Shown piece after piece: positions 26,443 through 36,200 of a stretch of DNA of 64,000 bases. Position 1 is the stretch's first letter. Each line of letters begins with the position of its first letter. This DNA is from Polyangiales bacterium (GTDB lineage: Bacteria; Myxococcota_A; Polyangia; Polyangiales; Polyangiaceae). Made by a program: the position numbers and the translations under genes. The notes below the pieces were generated by a model. That model was not told the DNA's origin and did not search any database. It saw only the letters and a list, made by a program, of their open reading frames with translations. The DNA is taken from positions 11,635-75,634 of the forward strand of contig JBBRNJ010000041.1 of NCBI GenBank assembly GCA_038230375.1. The letters run 5' to 3'.

Positions 26443-29400
26443 CTACCTGCCGCCCAGAACGCTCGCGAGCTCCGCTTTGGCCTCGGTGCGATCCGGATCG
26501 TTCGGCGGCGCGGTGTCGAGGTACGTCTTGAAGTGCGTCGCGGCCTCGGACTTCTTTCCGAGCTTCTTCAGCGCCCGGGCGTACTGCAGGTGCGCAAGGT
26601 AGAGACGTCCCGGACGGGCGGTCGCCGCTTCGCCTACGCGCACGGCATCCGCGAGGACCGTAGCCGCCTGCCCCGCCTGGCCCTTGTCGAGGAGCAGGTC
26701 GCCGTACTCGTAGTCCCAGTCGAACTGTTCCTTGTCGGCAGAGTAGGCCTTCTGCCACTCGGCAAGTGCCTGGCCCGGATCGTTGAGGCGCTCGAACACC
26801 TGCGCGAGCGTGGCGTGTGCCTCGAGGCGCGTGGGGTTGAGCTCCAGCGCCTTGCGGAGGTCCTTCTGCGCGTCCTTCAACGCGTTCAGGTTGTACTCGA
26901 TGATGCCGCGCTGCCAGTACGCGTCGCCGTAGTTCTGATCGAGCGCGAGCGCCTTCTCCACGGCGGCCTGCGCGATCGGCGTCTGGACTGGGTTCATGGC
27001 GTTCGCGGCCCATGCAACATACATGTGATAGACAGGCCGGTTCGAGTCGGCGGCCACGGCCTGGTTGAAGTACGTGAGCGCGGTGTCCACGTCCTTGCCG
27101 CCACGCTTCAGGAAGACGCGCCCGTAGTAGTGCTTCGCCTCTGCGCTGGTCTGGCGCACGTCGAGCACCTCCTTCAAGAACTTCTGCGCGTTGTCGAGGT
27201 CGCCGAGGGCCACGTAGGCAGCGCCGAGGCGCAGCTTCAGGTCTACGTCGCCGGGGTTCTTGTCGAACGCCGCCTTGAACTGCGCGAGCGCCTTGTCAGC
27301 CTCGCCGGACACCTCGAAGAGCTGCCCGCGCTCGAACATGAGGCCCGGGAAGTCCTTGTCCTGCGCGCCGACGAAGTCGAACTCCTTGTTGGCGAGGTCG
27401 ATCTTGCGCATCTTCCGGTACGTGATGCCCAGCTTGAAGTGCGCGCCGAGATCCTGCGGATCCTTCTCGAGTGCCTTCTCGTAGTCGGCGACCGCCTCTT
27501 CGTACTTGCCTTGCGCCTCGGCCACCTCGGCCAGGGCGCGCTGCAGCGCGGGGCTGTCGGGCAGCTTGTCCTTCGCCTTGTCCAGGGCTGCCTGCGCTTC
27601 CTGCCCGCGGCCTTGTGCCGAGAGCATCTGCGAGAGCTTGCCGTACGCGACGATCGCGTCGGGGTGCTTCGGGTCGGCGAGATCGATCGACTGCTTGTAG
27701 AGGCGCTCCGCGATGGTTCGGTTGCCGCTCTTCTCCTCCGCGAACGCGAGCCACAGCGGCACACGCATGTCCTTCGGGAACGTCTTCAAACCGGCGGTGA
27801 GCTGCGCTTTTGCGTCGGCGAAGCGCTCGAGAAAGATCTTCGTGCGCGCGGAGCCGATGAGCGCATCGTTGTTGGTCGGGTCCTTGACGAATGCCTCGTC
27901 GAAGCGCGTTGCGGCTTCGGTGTAGCGGCCGTCGTCGAAGAGCAGCTGGCCCTGACCCATGAGCGCAAGCACGTTGCGCTGATCGATCTTGAGCGCCTCC
28001 TCGAATGCCTGGCGCGCTTCGCCGGCGTGGTCCTTCGCGAGCATGACCCAGCCACGCTGCGCGAACGCCTGCGCGCGTTCCTTCGGGCTCGCGTTGACCT
28101 TGGCGCCACCGTCGATGACGAGCGCGAAATCGCGGAGCGCGTCGTCCGCCGAGTGGTCTCGCTTCCACGAGATCCAGCCGCGGAGCGTGAGCGCACCCGC
28201 GTGGGTGGGCACCTGCGCGAGCGCCTGGTCCGTTGCCTTCTTGGCGTCATCCAGGTTGCCGATCAGGAAATGCGCGCGGGCGATGCCGTAGAACGAGCGC
28301 GGCGAGGCGCCCTTCTGGTGGGCGCGCGTGAATGCTGCGAGCGCGGCCTTGCCGTCGTTCGCCGCGAGCTCGAGCTCGCCTTGCGTCTGCGCGATCTCCT
28401 GGGAGACCGGGTCCGCAGCGTCGTGCTTGGCAGCCTGATCAAGGTGCCCGCGCGCCTTCACGAGATCACCCGCGACGAGCTCCTGCGCGCCTTGCGCCGC
28501 CGAGCAGAACGGGATGTCTGTGGTGGGCGGGAGGTCGGAGATGAAGGTCTTTGCGCGGCCCGCACGCGAAGCATCCGAGCCGAAGCGCGCCTGCACCGAG
28601 AACTCCACGAACGCGGCGTAGCACGCGAGCGGACGCGAGCGCTGCAGCTGTGAGAGCGCATTTGCGCACTCGTTCGCGGCCGTCTGCGAGGTCTGATAGC
28701 CGTCAGGAGCGAGCTTCTTCCGTGCGCCGACGCCCGCCTCCACGGCAGCAGCCTGGTACTTGCCCGCCATGGCGGTGTCCTTGAAGAAATAGTAGCCGAA
28801 CGGTCCCGCCTGCGTGAGGCTGAGGCTCACGCCGAAGAGGAGCGCGACGCCGGCGATCCCGCCGAGGACCTTTGGCCAGAGGCGGCGCACGCGACCTTCA
28901 CCGAGCGGCTTGAAGCGCTCCGGGCGCGGCTTGGCGTCGGTCTCGATCCTCGCGTCGGCGTCCATGCGTGCGCCGGAGATCGCGGCCGGCGGAGCGATGA
29001 CAACACCAGGGCCATCTCCGCCGCCGAGGTCGACCTCGCCGAAGGCCATGTTGTTGCCACCGTTGTTCGGCGCGCTGGTCGCGAGCGACGCTTCACCCGG
29101 CTCGAAATCGCCGAAGCTCACCATGCCGCCCGTGCCACCGGTGGACGCCGGCAGGTTGTTGTCGAAGAGACCGGCGATGCCAGGGAGCTCGTTCTGCGCC
29201 ATGGGCAGAGAGCCCTGGTTCATGGGCAACGAGTTCTGCGTCATGGGGAGGCCGCCCGAGGACATGGGCAAGGAGTTCTGCGCCATGGGCAGAGAGCCCG
29301 CCGCCATGGGCAATCCACCCGCCATCTGCGGCAGATCGCCGGCGCCGCCGCTCATGGGCAGGTTGTTCTGCGCGGACGGCAGATCTCCGCCGAGCGCGGG

Positions 29401-30300
29401 GAGATCGAAATCGCCGAACCCGCCGCGCGCCATCGGCAGACCGGCGCCACCACCGGCAGCCATGGGCAGACCCATTCCACCACCAGCGGCCATGGGAAGA
29501 CCAACGCCACCGCCGGCAGGCATGGGTAAGCCAGGACCGCCGCCAGCGAGCGAGGGGAGATCCGCGCCGCCGAATCCACCGCCACCGCCCATGCCCGCGC
29601 CGCCAGGTGCAGGACCACGCGATGCGTTCGGCAGCGCCGGCAGATCGAGCTCGCCGAAACCTCCGCCGAACGGCGCAGCGGGCGCAGCGGCGGGCGCCGC
29701 GGGAGAGAAATTGCTACCGAAGGCAGCGGTGGGTGACCCGCCACGCGGAGCCTGCTTCGCGGGGAGATCGCCAGGCTGCGGAATGGCCGGCAGGTCGAGC
29801 TCACCGAAGCCACCACCGAAGGGGGAGGCGGGTGCGGCGGGCGCGGGAACGGCTTGCGGCTGCGGGACAGTGGCGGAGAGCGCAGTCGGCGGGCGCGGAG
29901 AGGCTCCTGGAGGACCGAACGGACTCCCCTTTGGCTTCACTGCCGAAGGCAGATCGGCGTGTTGCGGGAGCGCGGGCAGATCGAGGTCGAGCGAGCCGAA
30001 CGCACCGGGAGCTGCGGACTGAGATACGGCAGACGCCGGAGGCTTGCCAAGGGGCGGAAGTCCACCTTCGCCGATGCCCATACCGACCATCGTGGGCGCG
30101 CGCTTCGGGGGCGCTTGCGGAGCTGCGGGAGCGCCACCCCCGCCATCGGAAGCTCCGGTGACCGACGCGGTGGTGCCCTTCGTGGTGACGACGAACGAAT
30201 GCCCGCACTTCGGGCAGCGCATCTTCAATCCCGTGGCGGGTACGCGGCGCTCGTCGACCTGGTACGGCGCGTGACACGATTCGCACTCGACTTTGAGCAT
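26443..30300 (-). CDS. Zinc-ribbon (MJ0042-type) / low-complexity linker / TM / long TPR protein
   Basis: MLKVECESCHAPYQVDERRVPATGLKMRCPKCGHSF; long Gly/Pro/Met linker; TM segment KVLGGIAGVALLFGVSL; many TPR units. Confidence 0.9.
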   Translation of the reverse strand: MLKVECESCHAPYQVDERRVPATGLKMRCPKCGHSFVVTTKGTTASVTGASDGGGGAPAAPQAPPKRAPTMVGMGIGEGGLPPLGKPPASAVSQSAAPGAFGSLDLDLPALPQHADLPSAVKPKGSPFGPPGASPRPPTALSATVPQPQAVPAPAAPASPFGGGFGELDLPAIPQPGDLPAKQAPRGGSPTAAFGSNFSPAAPAAAPAAPFGGGFGELDLPALPNASRGPAPGGAGMGGGGGFGGADLPSLAGGGPGLPMPAGGGVGLPMAAGGGMGLPMAAGGGAGLPMARGGFGDFDLPALGGDLPSAQNNLPMSGGAGDLPQMAGGLPMAAGSLPMAQNSLPMSSGGLPMTQNSLPMNQGSLPMAQNELPGIAGLFDNNLPASTGGTGGMVSFGDFEPGEASLATSAPNNGGNNMAFGEVDLGGGDGPGVVIAPPAAISGARMDADARIETDAKPRPERFKPLGEGRVRRLWPKVLGGIAGVALLFGVSLSLTQAGPFGYYFFKDTAMAGKYQAAAVEAGVGARKKLAPDGYQTSQTAANECANALSQLQRSRPLACYAAFVEFSVQARFGSDASRAGRAKTFISDLPPTTDIPFCSAAQGAQELVAGDLVKARGHLDQAAKHDAADPVSQEIAQTQGELELAANDGKAALAAFTRAHQKGASPRSFYGIARAHFLIGNLDDAKKATDQALAQVPTHAGALTLRGWISWKRDHSADDALRDFALVIDGGAKVNASPKERAQAFAQRGWVMLAKDHAGEARQAFEEALKIDQRNVLALMGQGQLLFDDGRYTEAATRFDEAFVKDPTNNDALIGSARTKIFLERFADAKAQLTAGLKTFPKDMRVPLWLAFAEEKSGNRTIAERLYKQSIDLADPKHPDAIVAYGKLSQMLSAQGRGQEAQAALDKAKDKLPDSPALQRALAEVAEAQGKYEEAVADYEKALEKDPQDLGAHFKLGITYRKMRKIDLANKEFDFVGAQDKDFPGLMFERGQLFEVSGEADKALAQFKAAFDKNPGDVDLKLRLGAAYVALGDLDNAQKFLKEVLDVRQTSAEAKHYYGRVFLKRGGKDVDTALTYFNQAVAADSNRPVYHMYVAWAANAMNPVQTPIAQAAVEKALALDQNYGDAYWQRGIIEYNLNALKDAQKDLRKALELNPTRLEAHATLAQVFERLNDPGQALAEWQKAYSADKEQFDWDYEYGDLLLDKGQAGQAATVLADAVRVGEAATARPGRLYLAHLQYARALKKLGKKSEAATHFKTYLDTAPPNDPDRTEAKAELASVLGGR
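29200..29325. repeat. Degenerate 21-bp tandem repeat (about 6 copies) encoding LPM-x-x-x-S/G heptads
   Basis: Units begin CATGGG at 21-bp spacing on the + strand. Confidence 0.8.
29431..29550. repeat. Degenerate 30-bp tandem repeat (4 copies) encoding AGGGxGLPMx
   Basis: catcggcaga.., catgggcaga.., catgggaaga.., catgggtaag.. at 30-bp spacing. Confidence 0.8.
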
Positions 30301-30330
30301 CGCGACAAAGAGTATCATAGATAGGCGGGA

Positions 30331-31368
30331 GTGAAGCCCGTACGTGGTCCCCACACCCCGCAACAAGCGCCCGGCAATTTGCCTCATTCCGGGCCCGCTT
30401 CCCCTTCCCATTTCCGTCCAGCCCGTCCAGATTCTGAGCCGGTAGGAGACGTTCGCATCGCTCATCCGCACGCCCAGGACCAACCCGCCGCGTTCGCGTG
30501 GATGGCGTGCTCGGCCGTGCTCTTCGCGACGATGAACTACCTGGTGCGTCGCGCGAGCGCGCAGGTGCCGTGGCAGCTGCTCGGCATGTCGCGCGCGCTC
30601 ATCGGTGCGTTCGTCGCGATCGGCGTGGCGCGCGTGCGCGGCTCATCGCTCGCGATCAATAACAAGCGCGCGATGTGGGTGCGGAGTGCGTTCGGAACGG
30701 CGGCAATGGCGTTCACTTTCTGGGCGCTCGCCGATGGCGGCCTTGGACTTGGCGACACCACCACGCTGCTCAATCTCGCGCCCGTCGTGATCGCCGTGCT
30801 GGGCCCCATCGTGCTCCGTGAGCGTGCCGGACGTACCCTGCCGTACGCGCTCGTGCTTTCGCTCCTCGGCGTCGTGCTGATCATGAGACCTGCGTTCGTG
30901 TTCGGGGGTGTCGCGCTGTCACCCGGCGCGATGCGGACGGCGGGGCTTGCGCTCGTCGCCGCATGCGCATCGGGGTGCGCAATGCTCGCTCTCCGGCGCG
31001 TTGGAAAGGGCGAGAGCGCAGAGGCCATCTCCGTGCACTTCTCGCTCACGGCGGCGGCGGGGCTGTTTCTCCTCTCGCTGCCCTACATGATGGTCCCTTC
31101 CGGAAAAGATGCACTCTACACACTTCTCGCGGGCGTGTGCGGAGGCCTCGCGCAGCTGGGCATGACGCGCGCATATGCACTGGCGCGGGCCGCGCGGGTG
31201 GCGGCGGTCGGCTATCTGGCAGTGGTGGTGAGCGCGCTCTACGGCTCACTCGCGCTCGGTGAGGCACCGCATGCAACGGCCGCGCTCGGGATGGTGCTGG
31301 TCATCGGGGGCGGCCTCACCATCGCGCTCCCGGCGTTTCGTGCGCAGAAGCGCGCACCACGAATCTAG
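30331..31368 (+). CDS. EamA/DMT family transporter
   Basis: About 10 TM helices; RSAFG, APVVIAVLGPIVLRER, AQLGMTRAY. True start may lie downstream. Confidence 0.85.
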   Translation: MKPVRGPHTPQQAPGNLPHSGPASPSHFRPARPDSEPVGDVRIAHPHAQDQPAAFAWMACSAVLFATMNYLVRRASAQVPWQLLGMSRALIGAFVAIGVARVRGSSLAINNKRAMWVRSAFGTAAMAFTFWALADGGLGLGDTTTLLNLAPVVIAVLGPIVLRERAGRTLPYALVLSLLGVVLIMRPAFVFGGVALSPGAMRTAGLALVAACASGCAMLALRRVGKGESAEAISVHFSLTAAAGLFLLSLPYMMVPSGKDALYTLLAGVCGGLAQLGMTRAYALARAARVAAVGYLAVVVSALYGSLALGEAPHATAALGMVLVIGGGLTIALPAFRAQKRAPRI

Positions 31369-31502
31369 CCAAAAACAAGCCGCGCGAACAAGCCGGCGAA
31401 GAAATCGACGAGCCCTACGCAACCCTGCGCGGCGACGGCCGATGGGAGTGGTGCGCAGGCAACAAGCCGGCCTGTCTTCCACCCATCGAAAGAGGTCCTC
31501 TC

Positions 31503-33131
31503 ATGCGTCGTTCGTCCCTCCTCGCGCTGCTCTCCACGTTTGCTTTGGTTGCTTGCTCCTCCGCGGGCGGAAGCACTTCCGACGGCGCTTCCGCGAACGG
31601 CGCGGGGTCGGGCCAGGGCGCTGCCAGCGCGGCGGCCGACGGCGGCGCGGAGCCGACGGTCCCCGTGCCGGGCGGTGGCAAGGCCAAGAGCGATGGCGGC
31701 TCGGACGCGGGCACGGATGCAGCGCCGCAGGTGACGCCCGACGGCTGCGTGATCACGGCCTCGCCCGCGGACGACGCGTGCGTGGTGCGTGACGAGCTGG
31801 GCGTGTTCGCTTCTTCATCGAAGGGCTCCGACGCGGCGGGCGACGGCACCATGGCGCAGCCGTTCGCGACCGCCGCGCATGCGATCACGTTTGCGAAGGC
31901 GCACCAGAAGCGCGTGTTCCTCTGCGCGGAAGCGTATGCGGAGAACGTCACGATCGAGAACGGCGTCTCCATCTTCGGCGGCCTCGACTGCACGCAGCCG
32001 AAGTGGACCGTCGTGGACGCAAAGGCGCACTTCGCCGCGCCCACGAGCCCTGCGGCGCGCGCCGACAACGTGACGACGACCACCGCGATCGAAGCCGTGG
32101 AGATCTTCGCGCCGGACGCGACGGTCCCGTCAGGCAGCTCCATTGGCATGATCGCGAATGCATCCCCCGCGCTCCTCCTCCGCAACGTGTGGCTCCAGGC
32201 GGGCAACGCGATGGATGGCGTCGCTGGCGGAGAGCCCGCGGCAAACGACGAGGGCCCGATCGTGACCGGCACCCCGATCGGCGGCAACTCCATCTGTGAC
32301 TTCCTCGACTGCGCGTTTGGCCAGGGCGCCGGAAGCGCCGGCGGAATCAGCGCGTGCGGCGGCGGTCAGGGTGGCGGCGGAGGGTCACGCGGTTACTTCG
32401 CAGAGGCTGCCTGTGTGACCGGCCTCTGCCGCGCAGTGCACCCGAGCGGCTACTACTGGGACGTTCGCACCGCGCCTGGTCCGGGCGTGAAGCTCGGCGG
32501 CAGCCCTGGTGCCCGAGGCGCCGCGGGCCAGAGCGCGCAGAGAGGTGTCATCGACGCGAGTGGCTACACGCCAGGCAACGGCAACGCAGGCACCGACGGC
32601 TTGCCGGGTATCGGCGGCAAGGGCGGTGACGGCGAAGCGCCGCCCGTGGATCCCTTCGCGAACGGCAACGCGTACTCCTTCGGCCGCTATGGCGCCGCGG
32701 GCGGCGCGGGTGGGTGTGGAGGTCACGTGGGCACCGCGGGCACCGGCGGTGGCGCAAGCATCGCGCTCGTCGCCGTCAAGAGTGCGCTCTCGATCAAACG
32801 CAGCAAGCTCACGTCGCAGAGCGGCGGCAACGGTGGCTCGGGCACGTTTGGTTCGGCAGCGACCGCAGGCGGCGCGGCTGGCGCATGCGATCCGCAGCTG
32901 CTCTCCACATGCGGAGCCCACGGTGGCGGCGGCGGCGAGGCCGGTGTATCCGGCGCCGGTGCAGGCGGTCCGTCCGTTGCGCTGGCCTTCAACGATGCCC
33001 TCCCCGGTGTCGATGCTGCAAGCACCCTCCAGCCGGGTGCGGGGGGCTCCGGTGTCGCTCTGCAATCGAACGGCGGGAAGGCGATCCAGGCGTCCGGAAC
33101 CGGAGCCAGCCAGGCGTTCCTCTCGTTCTGA
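31503..33131 (+). CDS. Gly-rich (PGRS-like) lipoprotein with DUF1565-like N-terminal motif
   Basis: Lipobox LVAC; GSDAAGDGTMAQPFATAAHAI; then many GxGGxGG repeats. Confidence 0.75.
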   Translation: MRRSSLLALLSTFALVACSSAGGSTSDGASANGAGSGQGAASAAADGGAEPTVPVPGGGKAKSDGGSDAGTDAAPQVTPDGCVITASPADDACVVRDELGVFASSSKGSDAAGDGTMAQPFATAAHAITFAKAHQKRVFLCAEAYAENVTIENGVSIFGGLDCTQPKWTVVDAKAHFAAPTSPAARADNVTTTTAIEAVEIFAPDATVPSGSSIGMIANASPALLLRNVWLQAGNAMDGVAGGEPAANDEGPIVTGTPIGGNSICDFLDCAFGQGAGSAGGISACGGGQGGGGGSRGYFAEAACVTGLCRAVHPSGYYWDVRTAPGPGVKLGGSPGARGAAGQSAQRGVIDASGYTPGNGNAGTDGLPGIGGKGGDGEAPPVDPFANGNAYSFGRYGAAGGAGGCGGHVGTAGTGGGASIALVAVKSALSIKRSKLTSQSGGNGGSGTFGSAATAGGAAGACDPQLLSTCGAHGGGGGEAGVSGAGAGGPSVALAFNDALPGVDAASTLQPGAGGSGVALQSNGGKAIQASGTGASQAFLSF

Positions 33132-33293
33132 CCGCCTCATCAACGCCTCCGACACTCATCTGCAAGAGCTCGCGGCCAGCTGGTCGCGGGCTCCGCTTCG
33201 TTTGCGGATCGGTGGTTGCTCCCCTCGATCTATGGGTTTACGGTCGGGCTCGGGGAACTTTCGGGCGTGATGCGCGTCGGAGCTTGAACGACA

Positions 33294-36200
33294 ATGCGGT
33301 TTATCTCTGTCTGCGTCATCGCGGTTGCCTGCTCTCTGGCAGGCCCGCTTGGTCTGGTCGGCTGCGGGGACAACCTCCCCGGGGTCGTCTCGCAAGGAAC
33401 CACGTTCGCGGAGCTGCGCGCCATCAAGGGTGAGGTGAACGTCACCTCGCCTGGCGATACGAAGCGCGTCCCCTACCCTCGCGAGCGCATCTCGGAAGGC
33501 ACCGTCGTCTCGCTCGGTCCTTCCGGGCTCGCATGGATCCGCCGCGACGGCGGCGCGGTGTGGCTCGTGCGCGGCCCCGCAGAGCTCGTCATGCACGAAG
33601 GCAACGTGAAGCTCGACTCCGGGCGCGCCTTCATCGACGGTGACGACGGACCGCCCGTCCTGGTGGACACGCCGCGCGGCCCGCTCGAGCTCTCCGACGC
33701 ACGCGCCAGCGTCGAGGTGATGCCCGACAAGAGCGTCGAGGCCTACGTCCTTCGCGGCGCGGCACGCTCCGGCAGCGGCGAGCGCGGCACCTCCGGTGAG
33801 AAGCTCACGCTCGGCGCGGACGGCAAGACCGTACGAGCGTCCTCCGTCGCGTGGGATGACTGGACTGGCGGCCTGGCCACGGCGGATCCCGCCGCAGAGC
33901 CTGCGCCGTTCGGTCTTGGCACCGTCGGCGCACGCCCGCCGGGCGATCAGGGCAAGCCGCGCTTCTCGCTCGTCGTCGAACGCCTCGACGTACGCGTCAC
34001 CGTCGATCACGACTTCGCAGTGACCGAGGTCGACGAGACCTTCGTCAACCCGAGCAGCTCCACGGTCGAAGGCATCTATGGCTTCCGCACGCCGCCCGGC
34101 GCAGTGCTCTCCAAGTTCGGTGTCGATCGCAATGGCGCGATCGTCTGGGGCAAGGTCAAGGAGAGTGCCGCTGCGAAGGCGCAGTACGAGAGCAATGTGT
34201 ACCAGGGGTCCACCGAAGATCCCGCGCTCCTCTCGTGGGTGGGCCCCGGCGTGTACAACGCGCGCCTCTATCCGATCGAGCCGGGCGCCAAGCGTCGCGT
34301 CGTCACGCGCTACGCGGAGTGGCTCTCGCGGCAAGGCGTGAAGGCAGACAGACGTCTCTACGTGTACCCGATGGCAGCGGAGGGCGCGCGAAGCTCGCTC
34401 CCGCGCATCGAGGAGCTGCGCGTGAACCTGGACCTCACCAAGTCCGGTGCATCGCGCGTGCGCGCCGGCATGGGCGGCAAACAGGAAGGCCAGAAGGTCG
34501 TCATACAGGCGTTCGACTTCGTCCCCCGCGCCGACCTTGCGGTGGAGCTGTTCGACAGCGGTGAGGAGAACGCGATCGCGTATCGCGCGCCGCACACGCT
34601 CACCGCGGAGGACATCCCCATGAACGCCGACGCGACGTTCGCGGCCAAGGTGTCCGCCGAGGAGCCCGACTACCTGCTTGTCCCCATGCGCAGCACCGCG
34701 CCGGCAGACGCGGGCAAGGGCGTGGACCTCGCGATCGTCGTCGACACATCCGCTGCGACGGAGCCCTTCGCGCTCGCGATCGCGCGCACGCTGACGTCGG
34801 CGCTGCTCTCGCACCTGGGCGCCGATGATCGCGCCGCGTTGTTCACCGGGGACGCCACGCTGCGTCCCGCGTTCGACGGCTCGGGCGAGATGGCGCCCGT
34901 GGACGCGGCCAAGCGACGCAACTGGCTCGCGGGCCTTGCGACCGTCGATCGCGGCGGCGCGACGGACATTGGCGCACTTCTCACGGAGGCTGCAGCCAAG
35001 CTCGATCCGAAGCGCCGCGGTGCGGTCGTGTACATCGGCGACGGACTTCCCTCCGTGGGTGAGACCACGCCGAAGGCCGTACGCGAGCGCCTCGCGCGCT
35101 TGCCCGAGGGCACCCGCATCCTCACGGCCGGTGTTGGCAGCCGTGCCAATATCGCACTGCTCGGCTCGATCGCGCGCGGAGCGCCCGTGGAGTCCGTAGG
35201 CGATGCATACGGCGCGGCGCGATCCGCGCTGCGGTTGCTCGAGGCCGCGCAGAAGCCGGCGTGGATCGGCGCGAAGGTGGACCTGGGCCCCGGCATCGAG
35301 CGCGTGCTTCCGCGTGAGCTCCCGCCCGTGGGCGCGGACGAGAGCGTGCTCGTCGTGGGACGCGTGTCCGGCAAACCGCCGGCACAGGTGAACCTCACGA
35401 GCGGCGCAAGCACCGCGACGCGTGTGCTCAAGGTGCTCCCCGTCGACGACGGCGGCGATCTGCGCAGGCGCTGGGGACAGGGCCGCATGGAGGAGCTCCT
35501 CTCCGAAGGCGCCGGGCGCGCTGCGCTCGTGGACGTGGGTCGTCGCTTCGGCCTGGTCTCGCCATACACGTCGCTCTACGTGCCGACCGCGCGCGAGGCC
35601 GCCGTTGCCTCCGGTCAGGCCGCGGAGCTGGAGGACGTCACCGAGCAACGCGCCGACGCGATCGACCGGCGTTCGCGCTGGCGCCCGTGGTCGCGCTCGC
35701 ACGTGTACGACTCGGCGGCCGAGCCGGCCTCCGCCAACGCCGACAACAAGGAAGGTGGGACGGGCACGCGCGCCAAGGGCGAAGAAGGCTCGATGGGCAA
35801 TCCCAACACACATGCCGCCAACCATCGCTACGGCGTGCAAGGCCCTTCGGACGATCGTCCTTCGTCGGCGGCGGCCACGGCCACGGCTCAGGCCGCTCGA
35901 CAGCGCGCTGTGAACGAAGCAGCGGAGTTCGGAATGATCGGGCTCCTCGACACGGCCGCCGGTGGTGGCGGTGCCCCGGACCAGGAGCAGAAGCAAGCCG
36001 CGGGCGGCAAGGCAGCCTCCGCGCCCGTGGCGGCAGCACCTGCCGTGCAGCCCGCGAAGCCCAGCGATCCCAACGCACCATCCGCACCATGGGGACGTGA
36101 CGAAACAACGCTCGGCCTCACGGGCACGGGAGAAGGTGGCGGTGGCAGAGGCGACGGCATCGGGCTCGGCGGCGTAGGTACGCTCGGACACGGCGCCGGT

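Noticed and set aside
26236..28653. 805-aa + strand ORF
   Set aside because: Shadow of the TPR gene on the opposite strand.
29200..29550. Regularly spaced repeats as a possible CRISPR array
   Set aside because: Units are degenerate in-frame coding repeats without unique spacers, and no cas genes are present.
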